Source: Rhodospirillales bacterium
Lineage (GTDB): Bacteria > Pseudomonadota > Alphaproteobacteria > ATCC43930 > CGMCC-115725
Assembly (NCBI GenBank): GCA_028291405.1
Contig: JAQGID010000226.1
Span: forward strand, 1,177-65,176
Direction of reading: 5' to 3'
DNA length: 64,000 bases
A model generated the notes under the pieces. It searched no databases, was not told the DNA's origin, and saw only the letters and a program-made list of their open reading frames with translations. The stretch's first letter is position 1. Every line of letters starts with the position of its first letter. Shown here in pieces: positions 34,424 through 43,233 of the stretch. Both the position numbers and the translations under genes were made by a program.

Positions 34424-35571
34424 TCGGCACCGATCGCGACGCCGGTCAGCGTCTGGTTGACATGCATCGAATTGAACTGCTCGCCGTAAGTGCAGAACCC
34501 GATCACGCCGTTCCGCACGAAGAGCTCGGAGACGATCGGCTTGAGCTGCCGCTGCTCGATTTCGAGATTACGCAGGACACAGTCGCAGCCGATGATCAAA
34601 TCCGGTTCTCCGACCTCTTCCTTGAGCCGCGCGAAAAGGTTTCGCAGATCCTGCACTACATCGACGCTCCTGGCGATGGTCAGCACGAGTCCGACATCGA
34701 TCGCGCAGAAGAAAGTGAGGCTGTTGTCGTCGTTGACCTTCTGGATCGAGCGAACGTGATAGAGGCCGCCGACACGCACCATCAGCGGATGGGCGGCGAA
34801 GATCATCGGCGTCGGCGGCGTGCCCGCCTGGCCGACCATCCGGGCGTATTCGTAGGCGGCGGGCTCGGCGTTCAGCTCTGTGACGACGCGGGCCGCGGGG
34901 TCGGCCCCGGTGACCACGACCTTTTGGTCGGTATGGACGAAGTGCTCGGTCTTGAAGACCGAGAAACGACGCGTCGTCGTGATAAGGAGCAGCGCGGCAG
35001 CGTCGGTGACGAAGGCGCCGCCGTAGAGGATCCAGGTGCAGCGGAAATTCATGTCGTCGCCGGCTGAGCCGCCGAGCAGCGGCGTGTCACCGAGCACCGT
35101 CGCGATGGCGCTGACGACCTGTTCCTCGCGCACCGACAGCCCATCGATCAGAAGAAGGGCGAAGCCGCGCGGCACGGCGCCGCCACGCGGGAAGGTTGCC
35201 GCGGCAAGCCGATCGCGCTCGGCGATGGCGGCGCGGGTCTTCTCGATCGTCGCGGCCAGCTCGAAATTGGCCAGGCCCTCGAACAATGCCGAGGCGACGA
35301 TGAAATCCTCACGCGGGAAGCCAATTCCGCAGACGCCGCCGTTGATGTAGCCGAAGGGCGCGATCTCGCCGGCGGTGGTACAGCCGAAGACGGGCGTATC
35401 GCCGAAATGATGGCGCACCGCCGCGGCAATCGTGCCGGTCTCGTATTGCGGCGAGCAGAAGATCACGGCAAAGGTAATATCGGGGCCGCCGATCAGACCG
35501 TGCAGCTCGGCGATCGCGTCATGCGGATCCACCGCCCGCGAGCCTCCGCGCAAGAGTCGGCGTTTCGGCAT
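34420..35571 (-). CDS. FIST (FIST_N + FIST_C) sensory domain protein
   Basis: FAVIFCSPQY..FGCTTAGEI..GFALLLIDGLS..LLGGSAGD..EPDLIIGCDCVLRNLE..GFCTYGEQ is the FIST pattern. Stop overlaps the kinase start (ATGA). Confidence 0.85.
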   Translation of the reverse strand: MPKRRLLRGGSRAVDPHDAIAELHGLIGGPDITFAVIFCSPQYETGTIAAAVRHHFGDTPVFGCTTAGEIAPFGYINGGVCGIGFPREDFIVASALFEGLANFELAATIEKTRAAIAERDRLAAATFPRGGAVPRGFALLLIDGLSVREEQVVSAIATVLGDTPLLGGSAGDDMNFRCTWILYGGAFVTDAAALLLITTTRRFSVFKTEHFVHTDQKVVVTGADPAARVVTELNAEPAAYEYARMVGQAGTPPTPMIFAAHPLMVRVGGLYHVRSIQKVNDDNSLTFFCAIDVGLVLTIARSVDVVQDLRNLFARLKEEVGEPDLIIGCDCVLRNLEIEQRQLKPIVSELFVRNGVIGFCTYGEQFNSMHVNQTLTGVAIGAE

Positions 35572-35869
35572 GGAAAAACAGCCCCGCTGTTCCGCGCGAC
35601 GACGACGACCGCGGGGCCTTATCGGCCTAGGATTGCTGCGATCGCCCGAACTACGTGTCGATCGTATCCCAGCTTGCGGCGGATTTGAACCGCCCGATGA
35701 TATTCGGCGGAGCCGGCGGAAAATCGCCTCGCTCCGGAATATCGCATCGGCTAGTCTGCGGCTGCCCCAGCCGATCGCTTCCGGACGTCGCGCTCGCGGC
35801 TTCGTTTGGATCGACGCCTGCCGCAAGAAGGCGCTCCTCATGCGCCCGGATGACGAGGAGGACCTACCC

Positions 35870-36235
35870 GTGACCATCCGCTTCCTCTTGCCGCTCGCTG
35901 CCGTCCTCCTGATCGCCGACGCGACCGGTCCCGGGACGGGTTCGGCCGCCGAGCGCCTGCGCTTCTGGAACCTGACGACGACAACCATCTCCGAGCTCTA
36001 TCTCGCGCCTGTCGGAACGACGGATTGGGGTGCGAACCAATGCTTGAACGATCGCGACGGCGCCGTCGATTCGGACGAGCGGCTCGCGATCACCGGCATC
36101 GATCCCGGCGTGTACGACGTCAAGTTGGTGGATAAGAAAGGCCGCCTGTGCCAGCTGAAAGGTGTCAAGGTCGAGGCCGGAAGACCCTATGCCTTCTCGA
36201 TCGCCGATGGCGATCTGACGGATTGCACGAAATGA
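35870..36235 (+). CDS. secreted hypothetical protein (121 aa, 3 Cys)
   Basis: GTG start 8 nt after GAGGAGGA. Signal-like MTIRFLLPLAAVLLIADA. The stop overlaps the start of the beta-propeller gene (ATGA). An alternative ATG lies at 35840. Confidence 0.55.
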   Translation: MTIRFLLPLAAVLLIADATGPGTGSAAERLRFWNLTTTTISELYLAPVGTTDWGANQCLNDRDGAVDSDERLAITGIDPGVYDVKLVDKKGRLCQLKGVKVEAGRPYAFSIADGDLTDCTK

Positions 36236-37233
36236 GCGAGGCCATGATCTCCACAGCACTGTGGAAGTACGGCACAGCCGCCTTTCTCGCCGGTGCCGGC
36301 ATCCTCCTGACCGTCGCTCCCTGTCTTTCCGAGACCATCCTCGTCTCGAACGAAAAGGGCAATACGATCACCGTCCTCGATGCCGACAGCCTGACGACGC
36401 TTCGCACGATTCCGGTTGGACAGCGGCCGCGCGGCATCGTCCTGTCGAAGGACCGCAATACGCTCTTCATCTGCGCCAGCGACGACGACGACATCAACGT
36501 GCTCGACCTGACCGACTACACGCTGAAGGAGCCTTTGCCGAGCGGGCCGGATCCGGAGACCTTCGCGCTTCATCCTGACGGTCAGCATCTCTACGTCTCG
36601 AACGAGGACGACAGCCTCGTCTCCATCGTCGACATCAAGCAGCGCCGCGTCATCGGCGAGATTCCGGTCGGCGTCGAGCCAGAGGGAATCGGCATAAGCC
36701 CGGATGGGCGGTGGATCGTGAATACCTCCGAGACGACCAGCATGGCGCATTTCATCGACAACGAGAGCCATCAGGTCGTCAGCAACGTCCTCGTCGATGC
36801 GAGGCCGCGCCATGCGGAATGGACCGCCGACGGCGCGCAGGTCTGGGTCTCGGCCGAGGTCGGCGGCACGGTAACGGTGATCGACGCGGCGAAGCGCAGC
36901 GCCGTCCAGAAAATCAAATTCGCCGTGCCCGGCGTTCCCGACGAGGCGATCCAGCCGGTCGGGATCCTGCTGACCGCGGACCGGAAGCTTGCCTTCGTCG
37001 CCCTCGGCCCCGCCAATCGTGTCGCCGTGATCGACGCCCAGACCTATGAGGTGAAGCGCTATCTTCTGGTCGGGCAACGCGTCTGGAATCTCGCCTTCAA
37101 CCACGACCAGAGCCGCATCTACACGACCAATGGGGTCAGCAGCGACATCTCGGTTATCGATGTCGCAGCGCAGCGGGTCCTCAAATCGGTGCCGGTCGGC
37201 GAGCAGCCATGGGGCATCGTCGTCAGACCATAG
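36232..37233 (+). CDS. YVTN-repeat beta-propeller protein (PQQ-dependent catabolism-associated type)
   Basis: Signal/anchor, then repeated ..PRGI..S.DG..L(Y/F)V(S/T)N... blades (VGQRPRGIVLSKD, GPDPETFALHPDG, GVEPEGIGISPDG, ARPRHAEWTADG, GEQPWGIVV). Confidence 0.85.
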   Translation: MSEAMISTALWKYGTAAFLAGAGILLTVAPCLSETILVSNEKGNTITVLDADSLTTLRTIPVGQRPRGIVLSKDRNTLFICASDDDDINVLDLTDYTLKEPLPSGPDPETFALHPDGQHLYVSNEDDSLVSIVDIKQRRVIGEIPVGVEPEGIGISPDGRWIVNTSETTSMAHFIDNESHQVVSNVLVDARPRHAEWTADGAQVWVSAEVGGTVTVIDAAKRSAVQKIKFAVPGVPDEAIQPVGILLTADRKLAFVALGPANRVAVIDAQTYEVKRYLLVGQRVWNLAFNHDQSRIYTTNGVSSDISVIDVAAQRVLKSVPVGEQPWGIVVRP

Positions 37234-37353
37234 TCGTACGGCTTCATCATGCGCTCGCGTTGCGCGGCCGGGGCCGAGGGAATATGGTTTGTGTAAAGCT
37301 GCGCAATCGCTCGCGGATCGAGACCGCTGGCGGCGCAACCAGGGAGAGAAACG

Positions 37354-37770
37354 ATGGCCAGCGTCGATATGTCGATCGGTCTCAATGCACCGGCCGAGAA
37401 GGTCTGGGCGCTGATCGGCGGCTTCGCCGATCTGCCGCGGTGGCATCCGGCGTTTGCGAAGAGCGAGGTGCGCGAGGGCGGCAAACTGAAGCGCCGTCTC
37501 ACCCTCCAGGACGGCGCGTCGATCCTCGAGCAGCTCGACCATCATGACGATGCGACGAGGACGTACAGCTATACGATCGTAACGAGCCCGCTGCCGATCG
37601 CCGACTACCGCTCGGAGCTGAGCGTCCGCGACGATGGCCCGGGCCGCTGCACGGTGCGCTGGAAAAGTACGTTCGAGCCGGAAGGCGCGCCGCGGGTGGA
37701 TGCCGAGGCGGCGATCCGCGGCGTGTACCAGGGCGGTTTCGATCGGCTGGCGCAGATCTTCGCTGGCTGA
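37354..37770 (+). CDS. SRPBCC (polyketide-cyclase/START-like) family protein
   Basis: 138 aa; APAEKVWALIGGFADLPRWHP..YSYTIV..W.STFEP is the typical SRPBCC layout. Confidence 0.85.
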   Translation: MASVDMSIGLNAPAEKVWALIGGFADLPRWHPAFAKSEVREGGKLKRRLTLQDGASILEQLDHHDDATRTYSYTIVTSPLPIADYRSELSVRDDGPGRCTVRWKSTFEPEGAPRVDAEAAIRGVYQGGFDRLAQIFAG

Positions 37771-37968
37771 ACCGCTAGTTCTTTCGATCTATAGACGCTC
37801 GATCAACGCGATCGATACTGTTTCGATTCCGCCGCAACGAACAGAATAGGACGAGGTCGTGGAGGGAGGCTGGGAGCGTCACGCGCGCAGGGGGCTCGGT
37901 AGTTGCATCCGGTGCTCGCCTCCAGCTTCGATGACTTGCTGTGAGCGGTGCACGAACGACAGGTAGAC

Positions 37969-38892
37969 ATGCGCGCTGTTGTCTTAGGCTCGGCGGCGGG
38001 TGGCGGGTTTCCGCAGTGGAATTCGAATGCGCCGGCATGCCGGCGGGCGCGACGCGGCGATACCGTTGCGGTGGCTCGCACCCAGGCGTCGCTTGCGATT
38101 TCGGCGGATGCGCGTTCCTGGTTCCTCCTGAATGCCTCACCCGATCTGCGTGAGCAGATCGCGCACTCGGAGTTCCTGTGGCCGAGCGAGGGGCTGCGCT
38201 CGTCGCCGATCGCCGGCGTCGTGCTGACCGGCGCCGATGTCGACGCCGTTGCCGGCCTGCTCTCGATGCGCGAGCGCCAGCCCTTTGCGCTCTATGCCAC
38301 GGCGGAGGTGCAGGCGGCACTCGCCGGCAACCCGATCTTCGAAGTCCTGACGGCCGATTGCGTCGAGCGCCGCGTTTTGCCGCTCGATCGTCCGGTGCCG
38401 CTCGCTGGCAGCGGCGGAATCGATTCCGGCCTCGACGTGCTCGCCTTTGCGGTACCTGGCAAAGTACCGTTGTGGTGCGAGGGCGGCCGTGACCCCGGCG
38501 TCCAGGAGACCGGCCACTCCGTTGGGCTGGCGCTCGCCGAGCGCGGCCGGCCGGCCCATGTCTTTTTCGTACCCGGCTGCGCGGCAATGACTCCGGCTCT
38601 GGCGCAGCGCCTGCGCAGCGCGGCGGCGGTCTTCTTCGATGGGACGCTGTGGCGCGACGACGAGATGATCCGTCTCGGGGTCGGCGACAAGACCGGCCGC
38701 CGGATGGGCCATATGAGCATGTCGGGCGACGATGGCGCGATTGCCGCGCTTCGCGATCTCGCGATCTCGCGCAAGATCTTCGTCCACATCAACAACACCA
38801 ATCCCGTCCTGCTCGAAGGCTCGCCGGAGCGCGTCGCCGCCGAAGCCGCGGGTTGGACCGTCGCCCATGACGGCTTGGAGTTGACGCTATGA
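37969..38892 (+). CDS. pqqB: PQQ biosynthesis protein PqqB
   Basis: MRAVVLGSAAGGGFPQWNSN..LLNASPD..VLTGADVDAVAGLL..HINNTNP is the MBL-like PqqB signature. Confidence 0.95.
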   Translation: MRAVVLGSAAGGGFPQWNSNAPACRRARRGDTVAVARTQASLAISADARSWFLLNASPDLREQIAHSEFLWPSEGLRSSPIAGVVLTGADVDAVAGLLSMRERQPFALYATAEVQAALAGNPIFEVLTADCVERRVLPLDRPVPLAGSGGIDSGLDVLAFAVPGKVPLWCEGGRDPGVQETGHSVGLALAERGRPAHVFFVPGCAAMTPALAQRLRSAAAVFFDGTLWRDDEMIRLGVGDKTGRRMGHMSMSGDDGAIAALRDLAISRKIFVHINNTNPVLLEGSPERVAAEAAGWTVAHDGLELTL

Positions 38893-39629
38893 ACGGCTTG
38901 ATGACTGCGCGGGAGCTGGAGGCGGCGCTTCGCGAGCTCGGCGCGCAGCGCTACCACAATCTGCACCCCTTCCACCGCTTGCTGCACGGCGGCAAGCTCG
39001 ATCGCGGCCAGGTGCAGGCCTGGGCGCTCAACCGCTACTGCTATCAAAGCGCCATCCCGCGCAAAGACGCGAGCCTGATCGCGCGGACCGATGATCCCGA
39101 CCTCCGCCGCCTCTGGCGCCAGCGCCTCATCGACCATGACGGCGAGGCGGAAGGCGAGGGCGGGATTGCGCGCTGGCTCGCGTTGACGAATGGTCTCGGC
39201 CTCGATCGCGACTACGTCATCTCGAAGCGGGGCGCGCTGGCGGCGACGCGGTTTGCGGTCGAGGCCTACGTCCATTTCGTCCGTGAGCAGAGCCTGCTCG
39301 AGGCGGTGGCGTCTTCGCTCACCGAGCTGTTTTCCACGACCATCATCAGCGAGCGGGTCTCCGGCATGCTGGCCGGCTACTCCTTCATCGACCGAGAGAC
39401 GTTGGCCTATTTCAACGCACGGCTGACTCAGGCGCCGCGCGACGCCGATTTCGCGCTCGAATACGTGAAGCGCGAGGCCCGCTCACCGGAGCAGCAACAA
39501 GCTGTGCTCGGTGCGCTCGCCTTCAAATGCGACGTGCTCTGGGCGCAGCTCGATGCGCTCTATCACGCCTACGTCGAGCCCGGACACATACCGCCCGGCG
39601 CCTTCCGACCCGGCGAGACGGTGCGGTGA
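38889..39629 (+). CDS. pqqC: pyrroloquinoline-quinone synthase PqqC
   Basis: YHNLHPFHRLLHGGKL..VQAWALNRYCYQ..IPRKDA..ALAATRFAVEAYV..SSLTELF. Start overlaps the pqqB stop (ATGA). Confidence 0.97.
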   Translation: MNGLMTARELEAALRELGAQRYHNLHPFHRLLHGGKLDRGQVQAWALNRYCYQSAIPRKDASLIARTDDPDLRRLWRQRLIDHDGEAEGEGGIARWLALTNGLGLDRDYVISKRGALAATRFAVEAYVHFVREQSLLEAVASSLTELFSTTIISERVSGMLAGYSFIDRETLAYFNARLTQAPRDADFALEYVKREARSPEQQQAVLGALAFKCDVLWAQLDALYHAYVEPGHIPPGAFRPGETVR

Positions 39630-39934
39630 ACGAGGGCCGGACACCGCCGCGGCGCATCGACGCCGACGCCATTCCGCGGCTGAAGCCGCATGTTCGGCTG
39701 CAGTTCAGCGAGGCGCGCAGCGCGTGGATCGTCCAGGCGCCGGAGCGTGTGCTGATGCCGGACGACATCGCCCTTGCCGTGCTGCAGCGCTGCGATGGCG
39801 TCGCGAGCGTCGCGGCGATCGTCACCGCCCTGGCGTCCGCCTACGACGCGCCGCCAAGCGAGGTCGAGGGCGACGTCGTCGAGTTGCTGCAGGATCTTGC
39901 CGAGAAGGGGATCATCGCCGATGCCCGAGATTGA
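39626..39934 (+). CDS. pqqD: PQQ biosynthesis peptide chaperone PqqD
   Basis: PRLKPHVRLQFSEARSAWIVQAPERVLMPDDIALAVLQRCDG..DVVELLQDLAEKGII. GTG start overlaps the pqqC stop (GTGA). Confidence 0.9.
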   Translation: MNEGRTPPRRIDADAIPRLKPHVRLQFSEARSAWIVQAPERVLMPDDIALAVLQRCDGVASVAAIVTALASAYDAPPSEVEGDVVELLQDLAEKGIIADARD

Positions 39935-41048
39935 GGCGCCGCTCGCCATCCTGGCCGAGCTGACCCATCGCTGCCCGCTGCAGTGTCCCTATTGCTCCAA
40001 TCCGCTCGAGCTCGAGCGCGCGCGGCAGGAGCTCGAAACCGACGAGTGGCTGCGGATCCTCGACGAGGCGGCAGCCCTCGGCGTGCTGCAGGTCCATTTC
40101 TCCGGCGGCGAGCCCATGGCGCGGCGCGACCTCGAGGCGCTCGTCGCGCATGCCGCGGCGGTCGGTCTCTACACCAACCTGATCACCTCCGGCGTCATGC
40201 TCGACGATCGCCGCGCCGCGGCTTTGGCCGCCGCCGGTCTCGATCACGTCCAGATCAGCTTCCAGGACGTCGACGATGCCGAGGGCGATCGGATCGCAGG
40301 CTACAAAGACGCCCAGCGCCAGAAGCGGGAGGCGGCGCGCCGCGTCCGTGGCGCCGGTCTGCCGCTCACTGTCAACGCGGTGGTGCATCGCCAGAACCTT
40401 GCGCGTCTCGCGGAGATGATCGAGCTCGCCGTCGAGCTCGATGCCGCCCGCATCGAGGTGGCGCACGTGCAATATTACGGCTGGGCGCTGCGGAACCGCG
40501 CCGCGCTCTTGCCGAGCCGCGCGCAGCTCGACGCGGCGACGGCGATCGTCGAGGAGGCGCGCGAGCGGCTGCGCGGTCGTCTCGTCATCGACTACGTCGT
40601 CCCGGATTACCATGCCGCGCTGCCCAAGGCCTGCATGGGCGGATGGGGAAGGCGCTTCCTCAACGTGACGCCCTCCGGCCACGTCCTGCCATGCCACGCC
40701 GCCGAGACCTTGCCCGGCTTCGACTTCCCCTCGGTGCGCGAGGCGAGTCTGGCAGCAATCTGGCGGAGCTCCGATGCCTTCAACCGCTTTCGCGGCACGA
40801 GCTGGATGCAGGAGCCCTGCCGCAATTGCGAGCGTCGCGAGATCGACTGGGGTGGTTGTCGCTGCCAGGCCTTCGCCTTGACCGGCGACATCAATGCGAC
40901 CGATCCGGTGTGCGGCAAGGTCGCAGACCGGACGATCCTCGAAGCGGCCGTGCGGGAGAGCGCGGCGCCGCCGCCGCCTTTGATCTACCGCCGGATCGGC
41001 GGCGAGCAGCCGGTACGGCCGGCGACCGTCGTTCCGACCGCAGGTTAG
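39921..41048 (+). CDS. pqqE: PqqA peptide cyclase PqqE (radical SAM/SPASM)
   Basis: LAELTHRCPLQCPYCSN radical-SAM CxxxCxxC motif; GGEP; C-terminal SPASM cysteines (CMGGWG.., PCH.., CRNCERREIDWGGCRCQA). Confidence 0.97.
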   Translation: MPEIEAPLAILAELTHRCPLQCPYCSNPLELERARQELETDEWLRILDEAAALGVLQVHFSGGEPMARRDLEALVAHAAAVGLYTNLITSGVMLDDRRAAALAAAGLDHVQISFQDVDDAEGDRIAGYKDAQRQKREAARRVRGAGLPLTVNAVVHRQNLARLAEMIELAVELDAARIEVAHVQYYGWALRNRAALLPSRAQLDAATAIVEEARERLRGRLVIDYVVPDYHAALPKACMGGWGRRFLNVTPSGHVLPCHAAETLPGFDFPSVREASLAAIWRSSDAFNRFRGTSWMQEPCRNCERREIDWGGCRCQAFALTGDINATDPVCGKVADRTILEAAVRESAAPPPPLIYRRIGGEQPVRPATVVPTAG

Positions 41049-41054
41049 CCGCCG

Positions 41055-41978
41055 ATGCGCTGGCGCGACGCTTCGATTGGCGCAGTGCTCTGCCTCGGAG
41101 TGCCGCCGCTCGCGATGGCCGCGACGCCGCTGACGACGACGCAGATTGCGCCCGGCATCTACCTTCATGCCGGCGTCCAGGCGGAGGCGACCGCCGCCAA
41201 CGAAGATGCGATCGCCAATGTCGGCTTCATCGTTGGTGACGCATCGGTTTTGGTCGTCGACCCCGGCGGCAGCGCGCGCGAAGGCGAGGATCTGCGGGCC
41301 GCGATCCGGCAGGTGACCGATCGGCCGATCCGCTATGTCGTGATGACGCATGTGCATCCCGACCACATCTTCGGCGCTGCCGCCTTCAAGGAAGACGGGC
41401 CGGAGTTCATCGGCCACGCCAAGCTTCCCGGCTCCCTGGCGCAACGCGGCGCATTCTATCTGCGAAACCTCCGTCGGGAATTGGGCGAGGCGGCGGATGG
41501 GAGCGAGGTGATAGTGCCGACGCACCTCGTTGCGACGACGGAAGCCTTCGACCTCGGGGAGCGGATCGTCACCATTCGGGCGCATGGGCCGGCGCATACC
41601 GATACCGATCTCTCATTGTTGGACGAACGGACGCGGACCCTCTTCCTCGGCGATCTGCTCTTTGTCGAGCGCATCCCGGTGATCGACGGCAGCGTCGTCG
41701 GCTGGCTGCATGAGCTGGATTCCCTGGCGGATTTTACGGCGGCGCGGGCGGTGCCGGGTCATGGCCCGGTCGCGGTCGACTGGCCGGCGGCGTTGGTGCC
41801 GGAGCGGCGCTATTTGCAGAAGGTGGTCGACGGAACGCGGCTGGCGATCCGCCAGGGCATTGACATCGGCGAAGCACCGCGCCACGTCGCGATAGACGAG
41901 CAGCGAGACTGGCTGCTCTTCGAGGCGTATCATGCGCGAAACGTCACCGCCGCGTTCAAGGAGCTCGAGTGGGAATGA
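41055..41978 (+). CDS. periplasmic MBL-fold zinc hydrolase (quinoprotein relay system metallohydrolase-like)
   Basis: Signal peptide; MTHVHPDH (HxHxDH); AHGPAHTDTD; VPGHG. Starts 6 nt after the pqqE stop. Confidence 0.85.
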   Translation: MRWRDASIGAVLCLGVPPLAMAATPLTTTQIAPGIYLHAGVQAEATAANEDAIANVGFIVGDASVLVVDPGGSAREGEDLRAAIRQVTDRPIRYVVMTHVHPDHIFGAAAFKEDGPEFIGHAKLPGSLAQRGAFYLRNLRRELGEAADGSEVIVPTHLVATTEAFDLGERIVTIRAHGPAHTDTDLSLLDERTRTLFLGDLLFVERIPVIDGSVVGWLHELDSLADFTAARAVPGHGPVAVDWPAALVPERRYLQKVVDGTRLAIRQGIDIGEAPRHVAIDEQRDWLLFEAYHARNVTAAFKELEWE

Positions 41979-42018
41979 TCGTCGGACGCCGTAGGTCCGA
42001 ATCGGCGAGGAGGTCGAG

Positions 42019-42840
42019 ATGCGCAGGATGGCGATGATCTTAGCCCTGTCCGTCGTTGCGGCGGCGAGCTGGCCGGTGTCCGGACACGCGGAGGTCGACG
42101 AGGCGACGCGGCAGGCGCGCTGGACGGAGCTGCGCGATCAGATCTTCGGCGACCGGGTCGTCGAGGACGGCGCCGAGCTCCTCGCCATCGACGCCGCGAC
42201 GCGGGCCGAGGATGCCGCGATCGTCCCGATCAAGATCAGGCTCGGCGACGGGCTCAGCCGGCGGGTGAGCGCCGTCTACCTCGTCATCGATGACAATCCT
42301 TCGCCGTTGGCGGGACATTTCACCTTCGGCCCTGCCGCCGATCCCCGCGAGATCGCGACGCGCGTCCGCATCGACGACTACACCTACCTTCACGCAGTCG
42401 TCGAGACGAGGGACGGCAAGCTCTACGGCATCGCTCGGTTCATCAAGGCAGCCGGCGGCTGCTCGGCGCCGGCCGGCAAGGACCAGGCCTTGGCGATTCA
42501 GCGACTGGGCCAGATGAAGATGAGCTTCACCGGCGAGCCGCGGCTCGGCGAGCCCTATCAGGCGCACCTCCTGATCAGCCATCCGAACAGCTCCGGTATG
42601 CAGATGGACCAGCTGACGCGCGACTACATCCCGGCCGATTTCGTCCGGACCGTCAAGATCACCTACAACGGCGCGCCGGTGCTGACGCTTGAGTCCGACA
42701 TCTCGATCAGCGAGGATCCGAGTCTGACTTTCGCCTTCGTGCCGACCGCGCCGTCTGGCGAGGTCAGCGTCGAGGCCGAGGACAGCGACAACCGCCACTT
42801 CGTGCATAGCTGGCCGGTGAAGGCCGAGCCGGGCTCGTGA
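42019..42840 (+). CDS. SoxY-SoxZ fusion-like periplasmic carrier (quinoprotein dehydrogenase-associated)
   Basis: Signal peptide; N half with ..IVPIKI.. and KAAGGCS (a SoxY-type GGC cysteine at the domain junction); C half with SHPNSSGMQMDQLT..ISISEDPSLTF, which is SoxZ-like. GAGGAGG RBS. Confidence 0.8.
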   Translation: MRRMAMILALSVVAAASWPVSGHAEVDEATRQARWTELRDQIFGDRVVEDGAELLAIDAATRAEDAAIVPIKIRLGDGLSRRVSAVYLVIDDNPSPLAGHFTFGPAADPREIATRVRIDDYTYLHAVVETRDGKLYGIARFIKAAGGCSAPAGKDQALAIQRLGQMKMSFTGEPRLGEPYQAHLLISHPNSSGMQMDQLTRDYIPADFVRTVKITYNGAPVLTLESDISISEDPSLTFAFVPTAPSGEVSVEAEDSDNRHFVHSWPVKAEPGS

Positions 42841-42858
42841 GGGGTAAACGTCACTCGA

Positions 42859-43233
42859 TCATTGAAAACATTGGAGATTCGCTTCGGCCTGCGCCTGGCG
42901 AAGCCGCTCCAGGATGGCCTTGATCCACGGCGGGTCCTGGAAGAGCCCGACGCGGCCGCCGACGCCTGCGCCGGCCTGCAGGCTGAGCGCGGTGTCGGCC
43001 TTTTCGTAATCCGAGTAGGGAAGCATCCCGGCGATCGTGTCGAGAGCGCAGGAGCATTGCATCAGCGCCTCGCGGGTATTGCCGTTCGCGGCCATGCAGC
43101 CGAGCACGTAATCGGCGCGGGCGGAGGTCGGGTAGTCGTTGCTCGCCGCGACGCCGGCGGGCGCTTGCGCGCTCGCCTCCATCGTCAGGCCGAGAAGCGG
43201 CAGCGTCACCGCGGCGATGCGGAGGATCCTCAT
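42859..43233 (-). CDS. secreted hypothetical protein (124 aa, 4 Cys)
   Basis: MRILRIAAVTLPLLGLTMEASAQA signal. DYVLGCMAANG..LMQCSCALD..LQCFQ. Start overlaps the upstream gene stop by 4 nt. Confidence 0.55.
   Translation of the reverse strand: MRILRIAAVTLPLLGLTMEASAQAPAGVAASNDYPTSARADYVLGCMAANGNTREALMQCSCALDTIAGMLPYSDYEKADTALSLQAGAGVGGRVGLFQDPPWIKAILERLRQAQAEANLQCFQ

Noticed and set aside
37771-37968. Expected pqqA immediately upstream of pqqB.
   Set aside because: I translated all three forward frames by hand. Only MTCCERCTNDR and Arg/Gly-rich reads appear, with no W..KP..E-x3-Y pattern. The real pqqA was found at 30758..30838 instead.
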